Source: Marsupella aquatica (taxonomy: Eukaryota; Plantae; Marchantiophyta). Taken from it: a stretch of DNA of 64,000 nucleotides. Every line of letters begins with the position of its first letter. Position 1 is the first letter of the stretch. The position numbers and the translations under genes are program-made. Below, piece by piece: positions 1-9,500 of this stretch. Below the pieces are notes generated by a model that was not told where the DNA came from, made no database searches, and saw only the letters and a list, made by a program, of their open reading frames with translations. The stretch lies in assembly GCA_973895155.1 (NCBI GenBank), contig OZ316896.1:12318549-12382548 (forward strand), written 5' to 3'.

Positions 1-717
1 AACACTCGTCCAGACATCTCCTTCTCAGTTGGTCTGGTGAGTAGATTCATGAGTCAACCACAACAAGCTCACCTAGATGCAGCCATGCACATCGTGCGCT
101 ACATTAGCGGCACCTTGGATCTAGGAGTGTTCTACAGCAGAGACAGTCAACTTAATCTCGAAGGCTTCACAGATTCTGATTGGGGAAATTCATGCCCTGA
201 TACTCGAAGATCCACCGGAGGATACATCTTCAAGCTGTCTGAAGGTCCCATCACATGGAGCAGCAAAAGACAGCCAACAGTGTCTCGATCGACTACGGAG
301 GCAGAATATAAGGCACTTTCAGATGGCGCCCAAGAAGGTGTGTACCTAAAGCGATTACTCGAAGAACTGGTTGGTAACACATCCTTGCCTACCAAGGTCA
401 AATGTAAAAACACTGGAATAGCAACTGATCTCGAGCAAGCTGCAGTGCCATCCCTTCAGGACTTACATTTGAGGTGCGATAACATGAGCGCTGTTAAGCT
501 CGCCAAAAACCCAGTCTTCCACGCGAGGACAAAGCACTTAGAAATTCACCATCACTTTGTACGTGAAAGAGTTTTGGAGGGAGAACTTTCAGTGCATCAT
601 GTGAAAACAGAAGACCAGGTAGCCGACATTCTGACTAAATCATTATCCAAAGCAAAGTTTCTCAGAAATAGAGATATATTAGGAATGAGGTCGGCAAAGC
701 TGCTACCACTACGATGA
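1..717 (+). CDS. pol: Copia pol C-terminus (RT end + Ty1-type RNase H), open from base 1
   Basis: TRPDISFSVGLVSRFM, GFTDSDW, RRSTGGY, SRSTTEAEY, CDNMSA, HARTKH, DQVADILTK motifs. Confidence 0.95.
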   Translation, partial: NTRPDISFSVGLVSRFMSQPQQAHLDAAMHIVRYISGTLDLGVFYSRDSQLNLEGFTDSDWGNSCPDTRRSTGGYIFKLSEGPITWSSKRQPTVSRSTTEAEYKALSDGAQEGVYLKRLLEELVGNTSLPTKVKCKNTGIATDLEQAAVPSLQDLHLRCDNMSAVKLAKNPVFHARTKHLEIHHHFVRERVLEGELSVHHVKTEDQVADILTKSLSKAKFLRNRDILGMRSAKLLPLR

Positions 718-803
718 TAACACATCTTTGATACATCTCCATCGCTCTAAGATTGTCTTACAGCATCCCACGATTAACTGGTGTCAATAGTCAGTTTCTC
801 CAT

Positions 804-1286
804 CTAGAGAGCTCTAGCCTGCTCTTTCTTTAAGTACAACTCGGCCTCTATCCGAGTCTTGAAAGACTTGTACTTATTGCCTCGGAAGCCACTTACTAAG
901 GGTTCTACCTCCTTCCAAGTCGTATAGATCCCTGGACGTCGGCCTCGAGCCACTGAATAGTATCGCCTTGGCAGCTCTTCTGAGAAATCTCTCACTATTT
1001 CTCCTGACAACGGGTGACAGGACTCCTCTTTATACATTGGAGCACTTGGCTCTACAGGGACTATTAGCTCCCTAGCTCGATCAGTCTCCGTTGATGCACC
1101 TGCCTGCGGCTCAATAGGTGTTTCTTCCGATTGCCCACCAAGGGGTCTCTCCTCCGGTCCTAATGAATCACTATGATTACACACTAGGTAAGCATAAACA
1201 CTCCGCGACAATGCTGAGATAAATCCCAACAAGGAAAGAACGAGTGACATCGCCGATTCCCTTAATGTCATCTCCTCCTGCGCCAT
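804..1286 (-). CDS. Antisense accessory ORF of Copia A (160 aa): N-terminal hydrophobic/amphipathic helix, acidic linker with PSAP, C-terminal RNase H1 N-terminal hybrid-binding domain (Cauli_VI/viroplasmin-like)
   Basis: YYSVARGRRPGIYTTWKEVEPLVSGFRGNKYKSFKTRIEAELYL fits the HBD pattern (YAV..GR..G.Y..W......V.GF....YK.F.T..EA..Y/F); a homolog sits at the same position in element B. Confidence 0.9.
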   Translation of the reverse strand: MAQEEMTLRESAMSLVLSLLGFISALSRSVYAYLVCNHSDSLGPEERPLGGQSEETPIEPQAGASTETDRARELIVPVEPSAPMYKEESCHPLSGEIVRDFSEELPRRYYSVARGRRPGIYTTWKEVEPLVSGFRGNKYKSFKTRIEAELYLKKEQARAL

Positions 1287-1399
1287 GGTGGTTTCTATCC
1301 AATGTACAAAATTTGATTTGGATAGATTCAGTTACCATACCGACGTTCCATATAATTATCACAGCACACTCTCCTCCTGAATCTTTGCGAGCCATGGTT

Positions 1400-1408
1400 G
1401 AGGGGAGG
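1400..1408 (+). other. Polypurine tract of Copia A
   Basis: GAGGGGAGG immediately 5' of the LTR-initial TG. Confidence 0.85.
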
Positions 1409-1738
1409 TGTTGAAACTCACGCGGTCTTGTCTCTTGCCTGCTCCCATGCCTCGCTGTCAGATGTGGTTACTGTACACTCTGGCTGCATCGGATCTTACT
1501 GACTACCTTGAGCTTGCTGCCGGTCGGTAGGCTGTCTGGTCGATCCTGTTTGACTCTGATCCTCTTTCTGTCCTATCTGGCTGTGCCCACTTAGACTGAC
1601 TACTACTTATATTCCCGGTCAGAGTTTACTTGTCGTTTTCCTTTGCTCACGCACTTGGACCCCACTCCATTCATGTATTTAAACGCACTATTGTGCCTTA
1701 CGTTAATCAAGTTTCATAATCATCTGAAAACTTCCACA
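1409..1738 (+). repeat. 3' LTR of Copia A (~330 bp)
   Basis: TG...CA ends; terminal GAAAACTTCCACA plus internal GTCGGTAGGC and CCCACTTAG shared with element B LTRs; the downstream flank resumes a sequence found uninterrupted at ~11933. Confidence 0.88.
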
Positions 1739-2255
1739 GTTTCCCACAATTGTTATTTATTCGTGTGGTAATGCAAGGAAGCGCTCAGACCCTTAGATGT
1801 TCTGGTGTAATAGTTCTCAGTCAGATTGCAGTCAGAAAACTATATATCGAGTTCTTCATAGCGGTCACTCGCACATCACAAAGAAAATTCCCGAACTGAT
1901 AGTGCTACTTCGAAATCACCAGTCACACAAAAGATAGCAAGCTATTGACCAGACCTGTCTCTGAGATAAAACTGTAAAAGCTACTGTTGATGCAAGAAGC
2001 GAAGCTATCCTTCCCGATTTACAGCAATGGATGGGTTATCAAGAAGCTATGTTGTCCTAATTGAAGAAACAACATGAATTACGTAGTATCAGCTTGGATT
2101 CGAGTACACAAATGATATAGTATCCAACAAAACGTACCATACTTCCTAGCGTGTCAAGGAGATGGCCTAGCGGAGTGCTGGATTGAATCTTGCTTCAAAA
2201 GAACGGGCCTCAGACTAGAGAGAGAAGGCACCAGCCAACACAGTGAGAGAAAAGA
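1739..2255. repeat. ~510-bp dispersed duplication, second copy at ~11933-12443 (same orientation)
   Basis: GTTTCCCACAAT..GTGTGGTAATGCAAGGAAGCGCTCAGACCC..GGGCCTCAGACTAGAGAGAGAAGGCACCAGCCA present in both. Confidence 0.92.
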
Positions 2256-2936
2256 AGCCGTTTTGGAGTGGTGGTGGACTTCAAACTCTAGGCGTTGATT
2301 TTCTCACCAGCTTTGCGCTTCTTTGCCCTTCGCGGGAGAACAAGGTCGCCGTGCTCATCAGTTCTGAAAAAGCCGTCGTCATCTCCTCCGTCATTGCTGG
2401 ATGCCCGGCCTTGCAGACTTTCCTCATTTTCCTCGACTGCAGGTCGCCTCCCTTTCAAGAACAACATACCAAAGACGAAAAGCAAATTTATTGAGGAGAA
2501 ACCAAGACGACTATCGTCATATCGGGTATGAATTTCGAAGCAGATAACCCGATGAAAAGAATACCATTCCAACGAGCAAAAACTCCAAGCAAGTTGATCA
2601 TCAATACAATTGGTCGCAGAAAAGTGGTAGACATTTGGAAGCACAATTAGCAAAGACTTATCAAAGAAGGACACACAAGAGAAATAGAGCACGCATTTCT
2701 GGGGCAGCAACTGAGTGATCCACTTGCTGTGAGGAGGGACTGTGAGCGAGCTACTATGGCGAGGAATGGAAAAGAAGGGTATCACATTGGGATGAGATGT
2801 ACAAACCAGCGGGCGGTGAAATCTCAAATACAGAGACTGTCGATCGGATACCGACTTCAGTTCCCACATGAACCTCGCTCATCACCTCCGCCTCCTCCAG
2901 CCATGCCTTCCCTTCCGTGTCTTCTCCAGCATCCAT
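1739..2936 (-). pseudogene. Probable METTL22-like (class I SAM-dependent protein methyltransferase) pseudogene, cut by Copia A
   Basis: Exon 2936-2807 (MDAGE..EVMSEVHVG..SVFEISPP|GT) and exon ~2436-2308 (..DEHGDLVLPRRAKK..|GTGAG) are phase-compatible; then a degraded exon from 1954 (cag|VWSIACYLLCDW*, later VTAM). Resembles plant METTL22 motifs MSEVH.., DEDGDLVL.RR and QVW..A.LL.D as recalled, not searched. Confidence 0.55.
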
Positions 2937-3012
2937 TCTCAGGTAACTACTGTAGCTGTTGCAGCTCTCCTTGGTAAGGCATTCCTTCTGCCTTGGTTCC
3001 AATCATCAAGGA

Positions 3013-3262
3013 AGGGAGCAAATTCACCCTCACCAGAGAACAGAGCTCCAAGGAGCAAGACTTTCTTCAGATTGGAACGGGAGCAAATTCACCCTCGCCA
3101 GAGAACAGAGTTGGCAACCGCCCCAGGAATACTGATTGCTAGTGAAGTACTGATATTTCTTATGAGGGTCAGTAATTACTGACTGTCCAGTAACCAGCAA
3201 GACTTTCTTCAGGTTGGAAATAGAGCAAATTCACCCTCACTAGACAGCGAAGCTGCAACCAG
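3013..3262. repeat. Degenerate ~65-bp repeat, 3 copies
   Basis: GAGCAAATTCACCCTC three times; AGCAAGACTTTCTTCAG twice. Confidence 0.75.
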
Positions 3263-4016
3263 GGAGATTCTCTTCAAGATCTGCCACCATTGATCGAAAT
3301 ATTGAAACAAATTACGACACCTACAGTACCATTCTGAAACGTATTCAAGATTGCGGTGCAAAGCCGTGGTCGGATTCTACATTGTGCTCCAGGCCAAAGC
3401 GATTACTGTGGAGGTTTTTGCATACCGGGCTGTTGTTGAATATGCGTGACACAAACCAACTCAGAGAAGGGGGTTTTGAAGGGGCTTAAAAGTGGTGGGA
3501 TGTAATTTAGGAAGTGTAAGATCGATGGATACACACGTTTGCCGTGATGCCAATGGAAATGCGAAACATTTATATTTACTCACAGAGAGCTCTACCAGGC
3601 TCTTGCAGATAGGTAGGTTTGAGGTTTCTGGTTCCTGATTGTTGGCACTGTGGGACTTTTTGCTGGGGTCCCTCTGGTTTTTTGGCTCCTTGATTGCCGC
3701 CCTCCCTTGATTGGGTTTTTCTCGCCTTTGGGTTGGCTCCCCGTTTGACGTCTTTTTTTTTTGGCAGTTTGAAACACACCATACCATTTTTAATCATGTC
3801 ACCCCCAGAAATGAACAAAATTACTAAGTTACCCCCTAGATTAAATTAAATATTATGTTGTTTGTGGTGGGCCAAATAACTCAAACAATTGGAATCTGCG
3901 GCTAAGATGAACTCATTTGGGCAGCTTACTAATTAAAAACCGTTTTGGGGGTAACTTTGAAAAGTTGTGCAATTTTGGGGGCAAAAAACAGATATATGAT
4001 ATTGTACACTCCAAAA

Positions 4017-4122
4017 ATTTGATTGGTAGTAGAAGGTTTTGAGTGGATTCCTCCTACCTGCATTCTGTCCATTTGATTAGTAGTAGAAGGTTTTGAGTGG
4101 ATTCCTCCTACATGTATTCTGT
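4017..4122. repeat. 54-bp tandem duplication
   Basis: ATTTGATT(G/A)GTAGTAGAAGGTTTTGAGTGGATTCCTCCTAC x2. Confidence 0.9.
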
Positions 4123-5504
4123 GTAGGCAAGTGTCTCCATTCTCATTCAACTGAAGGTTGGGTTCCCTTGGTTACCAAAGTTATTGTGTATACAACATCT
4201 TACAATTGCATATCATAACACTAGACTCCTTCTAGTGACACACTACAGTTCTTGTGACCATCCCAACTTGCAAACTAATGTGAATCAAATAGTGTGCCCA
4301 GGTCAGCATGACACCAACAAGATGTACACTATAAGCTATGAAACACTCATCTTACCAGAACTACTGGGTTTAACTTATGACCAGGATGTTATCAAGTTCA
4401 ATTCCCATGCAGATAGTTCTACTTCTTTCAGCTATGCTATGACAATGGGTTCTACTTCTACATGTAAATTGGTTCTGCTCTAAAAGTTTGCAGCAGGTTT
4501 AATGTGTTGTGCTCAACAGGCGTTTGAACTAGTTGTAGGATTTCACATGAAAACATACAAAAGTCTAAAACGGGGGTTCTTCCCTTCTGCAAGTCAGTTA
4601 GTACATGGATTCCTCAAGGGCAGCTTTCCCTTTGACGAAATGTTGCTGGGTTTCCCCTAACCAGATCTATAGTCTTGAAGGTTAAACTCTCTAAGGCTAA
4701 GATTATATTCTTTTGAATGAGTTCAATTGTCCAATGCTTGAGCTCATCATTTTCAGTGTACGAGTCCTTGAGGCCAAATTCTAATTAATTCAAGGTCCAA
4801 TTCAAAGTTCAGTGGGCATTCCTTATAAGCAGCACTTTGGAGTGACTCCACAAATTCCTCACATATGTAGAGTTTGCTTATCCCAATACAAGCAAATTTA
4901 ACTCCACTTTGCTAATAAGGCTCTAAAAGAAAAATTAACCCTAACTTTGCTGACAATGCTAAAAGAAAACTGAACAAAAATTTGTTACAACAGAGGGTTT
5001 TGGACAGCTAGGGGCTGGTTATCTTCAAAAAATCCTCAAGATATGACTTCAAATGTTGCATGTCTTATGCACACAACGAGCTCTTCATTACCCTAGTTTG
5101 ATTAGTATAATCACTAAGCACATTCAAATCTAAAATTGGAGTCACTAAGCATGTACAAATCTACTGGAATCAATTCCTTTGTGGAAACTCCGGTTATGGA
5201 TGGCAACACGTTTACCCTCCTTACATGCAATTTTAATTTCAGTTTCCTTATAATTATATTATATTGGTTATTCTATATACGCCCGTATATACGCAACCCC
5301 AAAATTAACTTTGCTCATCTAGAGACTTTGCTTAGATAGGGTTGTCTTGTATAATTGCATTTTTGGCAGTATTCAGGGGGAATTTTGTTATGCGTAGGCA
5401 AGGAAACTACTCGTCCAATGACCAACTTCTGGAGTAAGGTCTCACCTTGGTTATATCAAGGGACTCCTCATATTGATGGACCTTATAAATGCGGATGACT
5501 GTTA

Positions 5505-5816
5505 TGTGGAAGTTTTCAATATGTGTGATTCAACTTAATTAATCGGGAGCACTGAGGCTCATTATATACAGCTTAATTGAGGGCGCAAGGAGGCGCCAGC
5601 GGCAAGCAACCGACAGGGATAATCCCGGGATCAGACTAAGTAACTAATTACGGTTAGGACTGTGCTAAGTGGGGCGCAGTCAGACTGATCCAGAAACGGA
5701 TCTAGGGAAGACTGCCTACCGACTACTGCAGCGAGTCCGAGACAGCCAGTAAAGTAACAACTCCCGACAATGAGCCAAAGGGAGTCAGCAACGGACAGGA
5801 CTGACAAATTCCAACA
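5505..5816 (-). repeat. 3' LTR of Copia B
   Basis: TG..CA ends; PPT complement CCCCCTCTC at 5817-5825; about a dozen substitutions and 3 small indels versus the 5' LTR (by eye). Confidence 0.95.
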
Positions 5817-5954
5817 CCCCCTCTCGACCGTGGCTCGCTGTGACCACCAAGGTCGACATAAATTTAGCTGTGAGAGAGAGAAGTGACGTAGCCTTATGAG
5901 TCTACTTGATCTAAGTATATACATGACATAAGTGCACCCAGAGTCCGGACAGCC

Positions 5955-6486
5955 ATGGCACACGAGGAGGCAACGTTAAGTGACGAGAAACAAATAGAAT
6001 TTGCTACGAAATCCAGCTAACGGGGCTGCGTAAGGAATCAGTGATGCATTTGGTTCTTTCCCTGTTGGAGTTCATATCGGCGCTTTCCCGAAGTGCTTAT
6101 GACTATTTGGTATGTAGTCATGGCAGCACACCCAGAGCAGATGAGACGACTCCCCCTGTTGGGGATCCAGAGGCATCGGTGTCACTTGCTGGCACTTCGG
6201 TAGAGATTGAGACAGTTGGAGAGATGATCATTCATTAGAGCCAAGCGCTCCTGTATGCAAGGGAGATCCTGAATGCCTGCCAACAGAAGACGAAGCTCAA
6301 GATTTCTCGAAGGAGTTGCCCATAAGATATTACGCTATGGCACGAGGTCGACGCCCGGGGATCTACACTTCTTGGAAGGAGGCAGAGCCATTAGTAAGCG
6401 GCTTCCGAGGCAACAAGTATAAGTCGTTTAAGACTCGTAGCGAGGCAGAATTGTATCTAGCGAAGGAGCAAGCTAGAGCACGCTAG
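5955..6486 (+). pseudogene. Antisense accessory ORF of Copia B (frameshifted homolog of 804-1286)
   Basis: MAHEEATL.. at 5955; MHLVLSLLEFISALSRSAYDYLVC from 6044; 1-bp deletion near 6232; then LEPSAP..DFSKELPIRYYAMARGRRPGIYTSWKEAEPLVSGFRGNKYKSFKTRSEAELYLAKEQARAR*. Confidence 0.92.
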
Positions 6487-6581
6487 AAATTCAAAATAGG
6501 CTAAATAGAGCAATGTACGTAGGACGTGTTTCCCTTTTTGTTAGTGGCCTTAATGAGGAGAATTTACTCTATGGGTGTCAA

Positions 6582-9500
6582 TCATCCTGACTGCAGTTGG
6601 GTTACTGATCACTTTCCTAATACATCTCGGTTTCTAATGAACTTTATCTTCGACAGTGACTTTGTCAAGATGTCAGCTACTTGATCTTCAGATTTGACGT
6701 GATGTATAGAAAGTTCCCCTTCGAGTACTCATTCTCTTACAAAGTGGTGATGTATATCCAAATGTTTCGTTCGGGCATGGAACATTGGATTTTTTGCAAG
6801 CTTAACAGCGCTCATGTTATCACAATTTAAGTGTAAGTCTTGAAGTGTCGGGGTTGCGTTCACCAGGTCTGTTGTGACGTCACTGTTCTTGCAATGGACT
6901 TTGCTTGGAGGGGAGTCATTACTTTGCAGTTCTTCGCGCGAGTAGCCGTTTAAGATAGACTCCTTCTTGGGCACCATCCGAGAGTGCTTTGTATTCTACT
7001 TCTGTGGTGGACCGGGATACCTTTGGTTGCCTTTTGCTACTCCAGGTGACAGGACCTTTGGAGAGCTTGAATATGTATCCGCCAATTGACCTTCTCGTGT
7101 CGGGGCAGGAATTTCCCCAATCAGAATCAGTGAATCCTTCTAAGTCAAGTGGACTATCCTTGGCGTAGAATACTCCCAGATCAGATGTTCCACTGACATA
7201 GCGAACAATGTGCATGGCAGCATCAAGGTGAGCTTGTTGTGGTTGACTCATAAATCTGCTCACTAATCCAACCGAAAATGAAATGTCCGAATGCATGTTA
7301 GTGAGATATATGAGTTTCCCAACAAGTTGACTGTAATCCGTGGAGTCGATGTCCTGAGTGTTGGTCTCCATAGAGAGCTCAAGGCCTTCTGGTAACGGGG
7401 TGGCTACAGGCTTACATTTATCCAGTTGAGTTGATCTGAGTAGTGCTTCTGATGCAGTAGCATCCCCGTTTCTGTAGCAAGAAAATCAACGCCCAAATAT
7501 CTTTTTGCTCCTCCTAGATCTTTCATTTTGTAATTTGCTTTCAGCTGCTCCTTTACTTCAATTATGAGATCTATTCCACTACCAGTGAGTAGAAGATCAT
7601 CAACAAAGAGCAGAATGATTGCAATTTTTCCGTCCCTATGCATAGTATACAGATTGGGATCAAGGGAGCTACGTGTGCACCCAATTGAGCGAAGGAAGGA
7701 GTCCACTTCTTCATACCATGCTCGAGGGCTTTGCTTGAGCCCATAAATGGATTTTCTGAGTCTACAGGTCACCACCTTTTCTTGGCCTGGGGTCAGAAAC
7801 CCTAGGGGCTGCATCATGTAGATTGTTTCTCTAAGAGTGCCGTTGAGAAATGCCGTCACTACATCCATGTGTGATAAGGGCCAACCAAGAGACGATGCAA
7901 GTGCTACTATCAGCTTGACTGTAGACCACTTGACTACAGGAGCAAAGGTTTCTTCGTAGTCCAATCCCTCACGTTGCTCATGCCCCCTGGCGACTACCCG
8001 GGCCTTGAACTTGACATTCCCTTCTTGGTCAAGTTTTTCTCTAAGCACCCATCTGGCTGAAAGCACTTTCTCTCCGGGAGGGAGATTGACAAGTTCCCAG
8101 GTGCCATTTTTGCGATGTGCATCCATTTCGAGTTGCATAGCACTGACCCAGCGCGAGTCGGAGAGAGCATCATTGACTGAGATATTGTCGATAGATTCAA
8201 CAAGTAGGGCCAGGAAGAGTTGCTCGGTGGTTTCTGAGATGTATGATGTAAAATCAGAAAGCCAATAGGGGTGCAACGTCATCCTACCAGATGGTGATCG
8301 TGTTCGTTGGAGAGCTCGTTGTGATGCCCGTTGACGTGTCCGTCAGACTTGGCGCGCGTGGTTTAGGAACAGTCGTTGGAGTATCGGTGAAGGTTGATGA
8401 AGAGTCAGGAATCTCAGCTGCCTGCTCCATTGGTGAATTGTCGATGGAGTCTGAGGTCGGTGGGTCCATTTCAGGAGTAGTTGAGTCAACAATTGGGACC
8501 TGATTTGCAGTGACTAGCTCGCTATCAGAGTTGTCTTCAAACGGGAACAAGTCAAGTATGCTTTCTTGTTGATGAACTTGAGTTGTTGAGAAATCCCAAT
8601 GAGTGGACTCATCAAAGATCACATCCCGAGAGATGAGGGTTTTACCTGATTGTGGATCGAAGCAACAATATGCCTTGCTATTGTTGTCGTAGCCTATAAG
8701 CACAGTTCGGATTGATTTTGCCTGGAGCTTGTTGCGCATTTCTTTGGGTATGTGGACATGTGCTGTACTTCCTATAATACGAAAATGACTGACGCCAGGT
8801 TTGATACCCATGAGACATTCAGCGGGTGTAGAGAGATTCAAGGCTCGTGTGCTACTAACATCTATTGTTGATGTAATTGGCTGTGTTGACCAATTCTTTC
8901 CATAGGTAGGCTGGAAAGTTTGAGCCAATTGACAAACTACGTACGACATTAAGAAGGGTCCGGTTTTTATGTTCTGCTACCCCATTCTGATGAGGGGTTC
9001 CTGCTACGGTGAGCTGCCTGTGTATGCCTTGCTGGTGACAAAATGATCTGAATAAATCTGACATATACTCTCCCCCTCTGTCGCTGCGTAGACACATGAT
9101 TTTTGCACTAATTAAGAGAGGTCTTGACTTCCTGCTTGAAGATTTTGAATTTGTTTAAGGCTTCCTCTTTGGTTCTAAGAAAGTAGACCCATGAGTGTCG
9201 AGAGAAGTCATCGATGAATGTCATAATTATGTACCTTGCTCCAGAGAGAGAGGCGACCGGTAAGGGACCACAGAGGTCAGAGTGGATTAATTCCAGAGTT
9301 TTAGTTGCACAAGATGTTGCAACCTTAGGTATGCGATGACGAGATTGCTTCCCTTTTATGCAAGTCTCGCATAGTTGGTCAGTGGTAGGGAGTGAAGATG
9401 GAGCTCCCGTGATTAACTCCTTCCGGATCATGTAGCTTATACGTTGATGACTAGAGTGTCCCAAATGTTGATGCCAGAGCTCTGTTTGAGATAGTCGTGA

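Larger units (their letters stand above)
1..1738 (+). mobile_element. Ty1/Copia LTR retrotransposon A, 3' portion (RT end, RNase H, antisense ORF, PPT, 3' LTR); the 5' part lies outside the window
   Basis: Copia RT/RNase H ORF, purine tract GAGGGGAGG directly before TGTTG, LTR ending ...GAAAACTTCCACA as in element B. Confidence 0.95.

Noticed and set aside
804-1286. Antisense ORF as a retroviral env or as a second catalytic RNase H (as in Tat elements)
   Set aside because: Too short, no fusion-protein features, and the ORF stops right after the HBD with no catalytic RNase H domain
3400-5450. Possible DNA-transposon remnants here and at ~35300-36700 and ~57900-62600
   Set aside because: CpG-poor and repeat-like, but I found no terminal inverted repeats, TSDs or transposase motifs
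5631-5963. ORFs running through the Copia B LTRs (also 11274-11585)
   Set aside because: The shared peptide is simply LTR sequence; not conserved in the element A LTR
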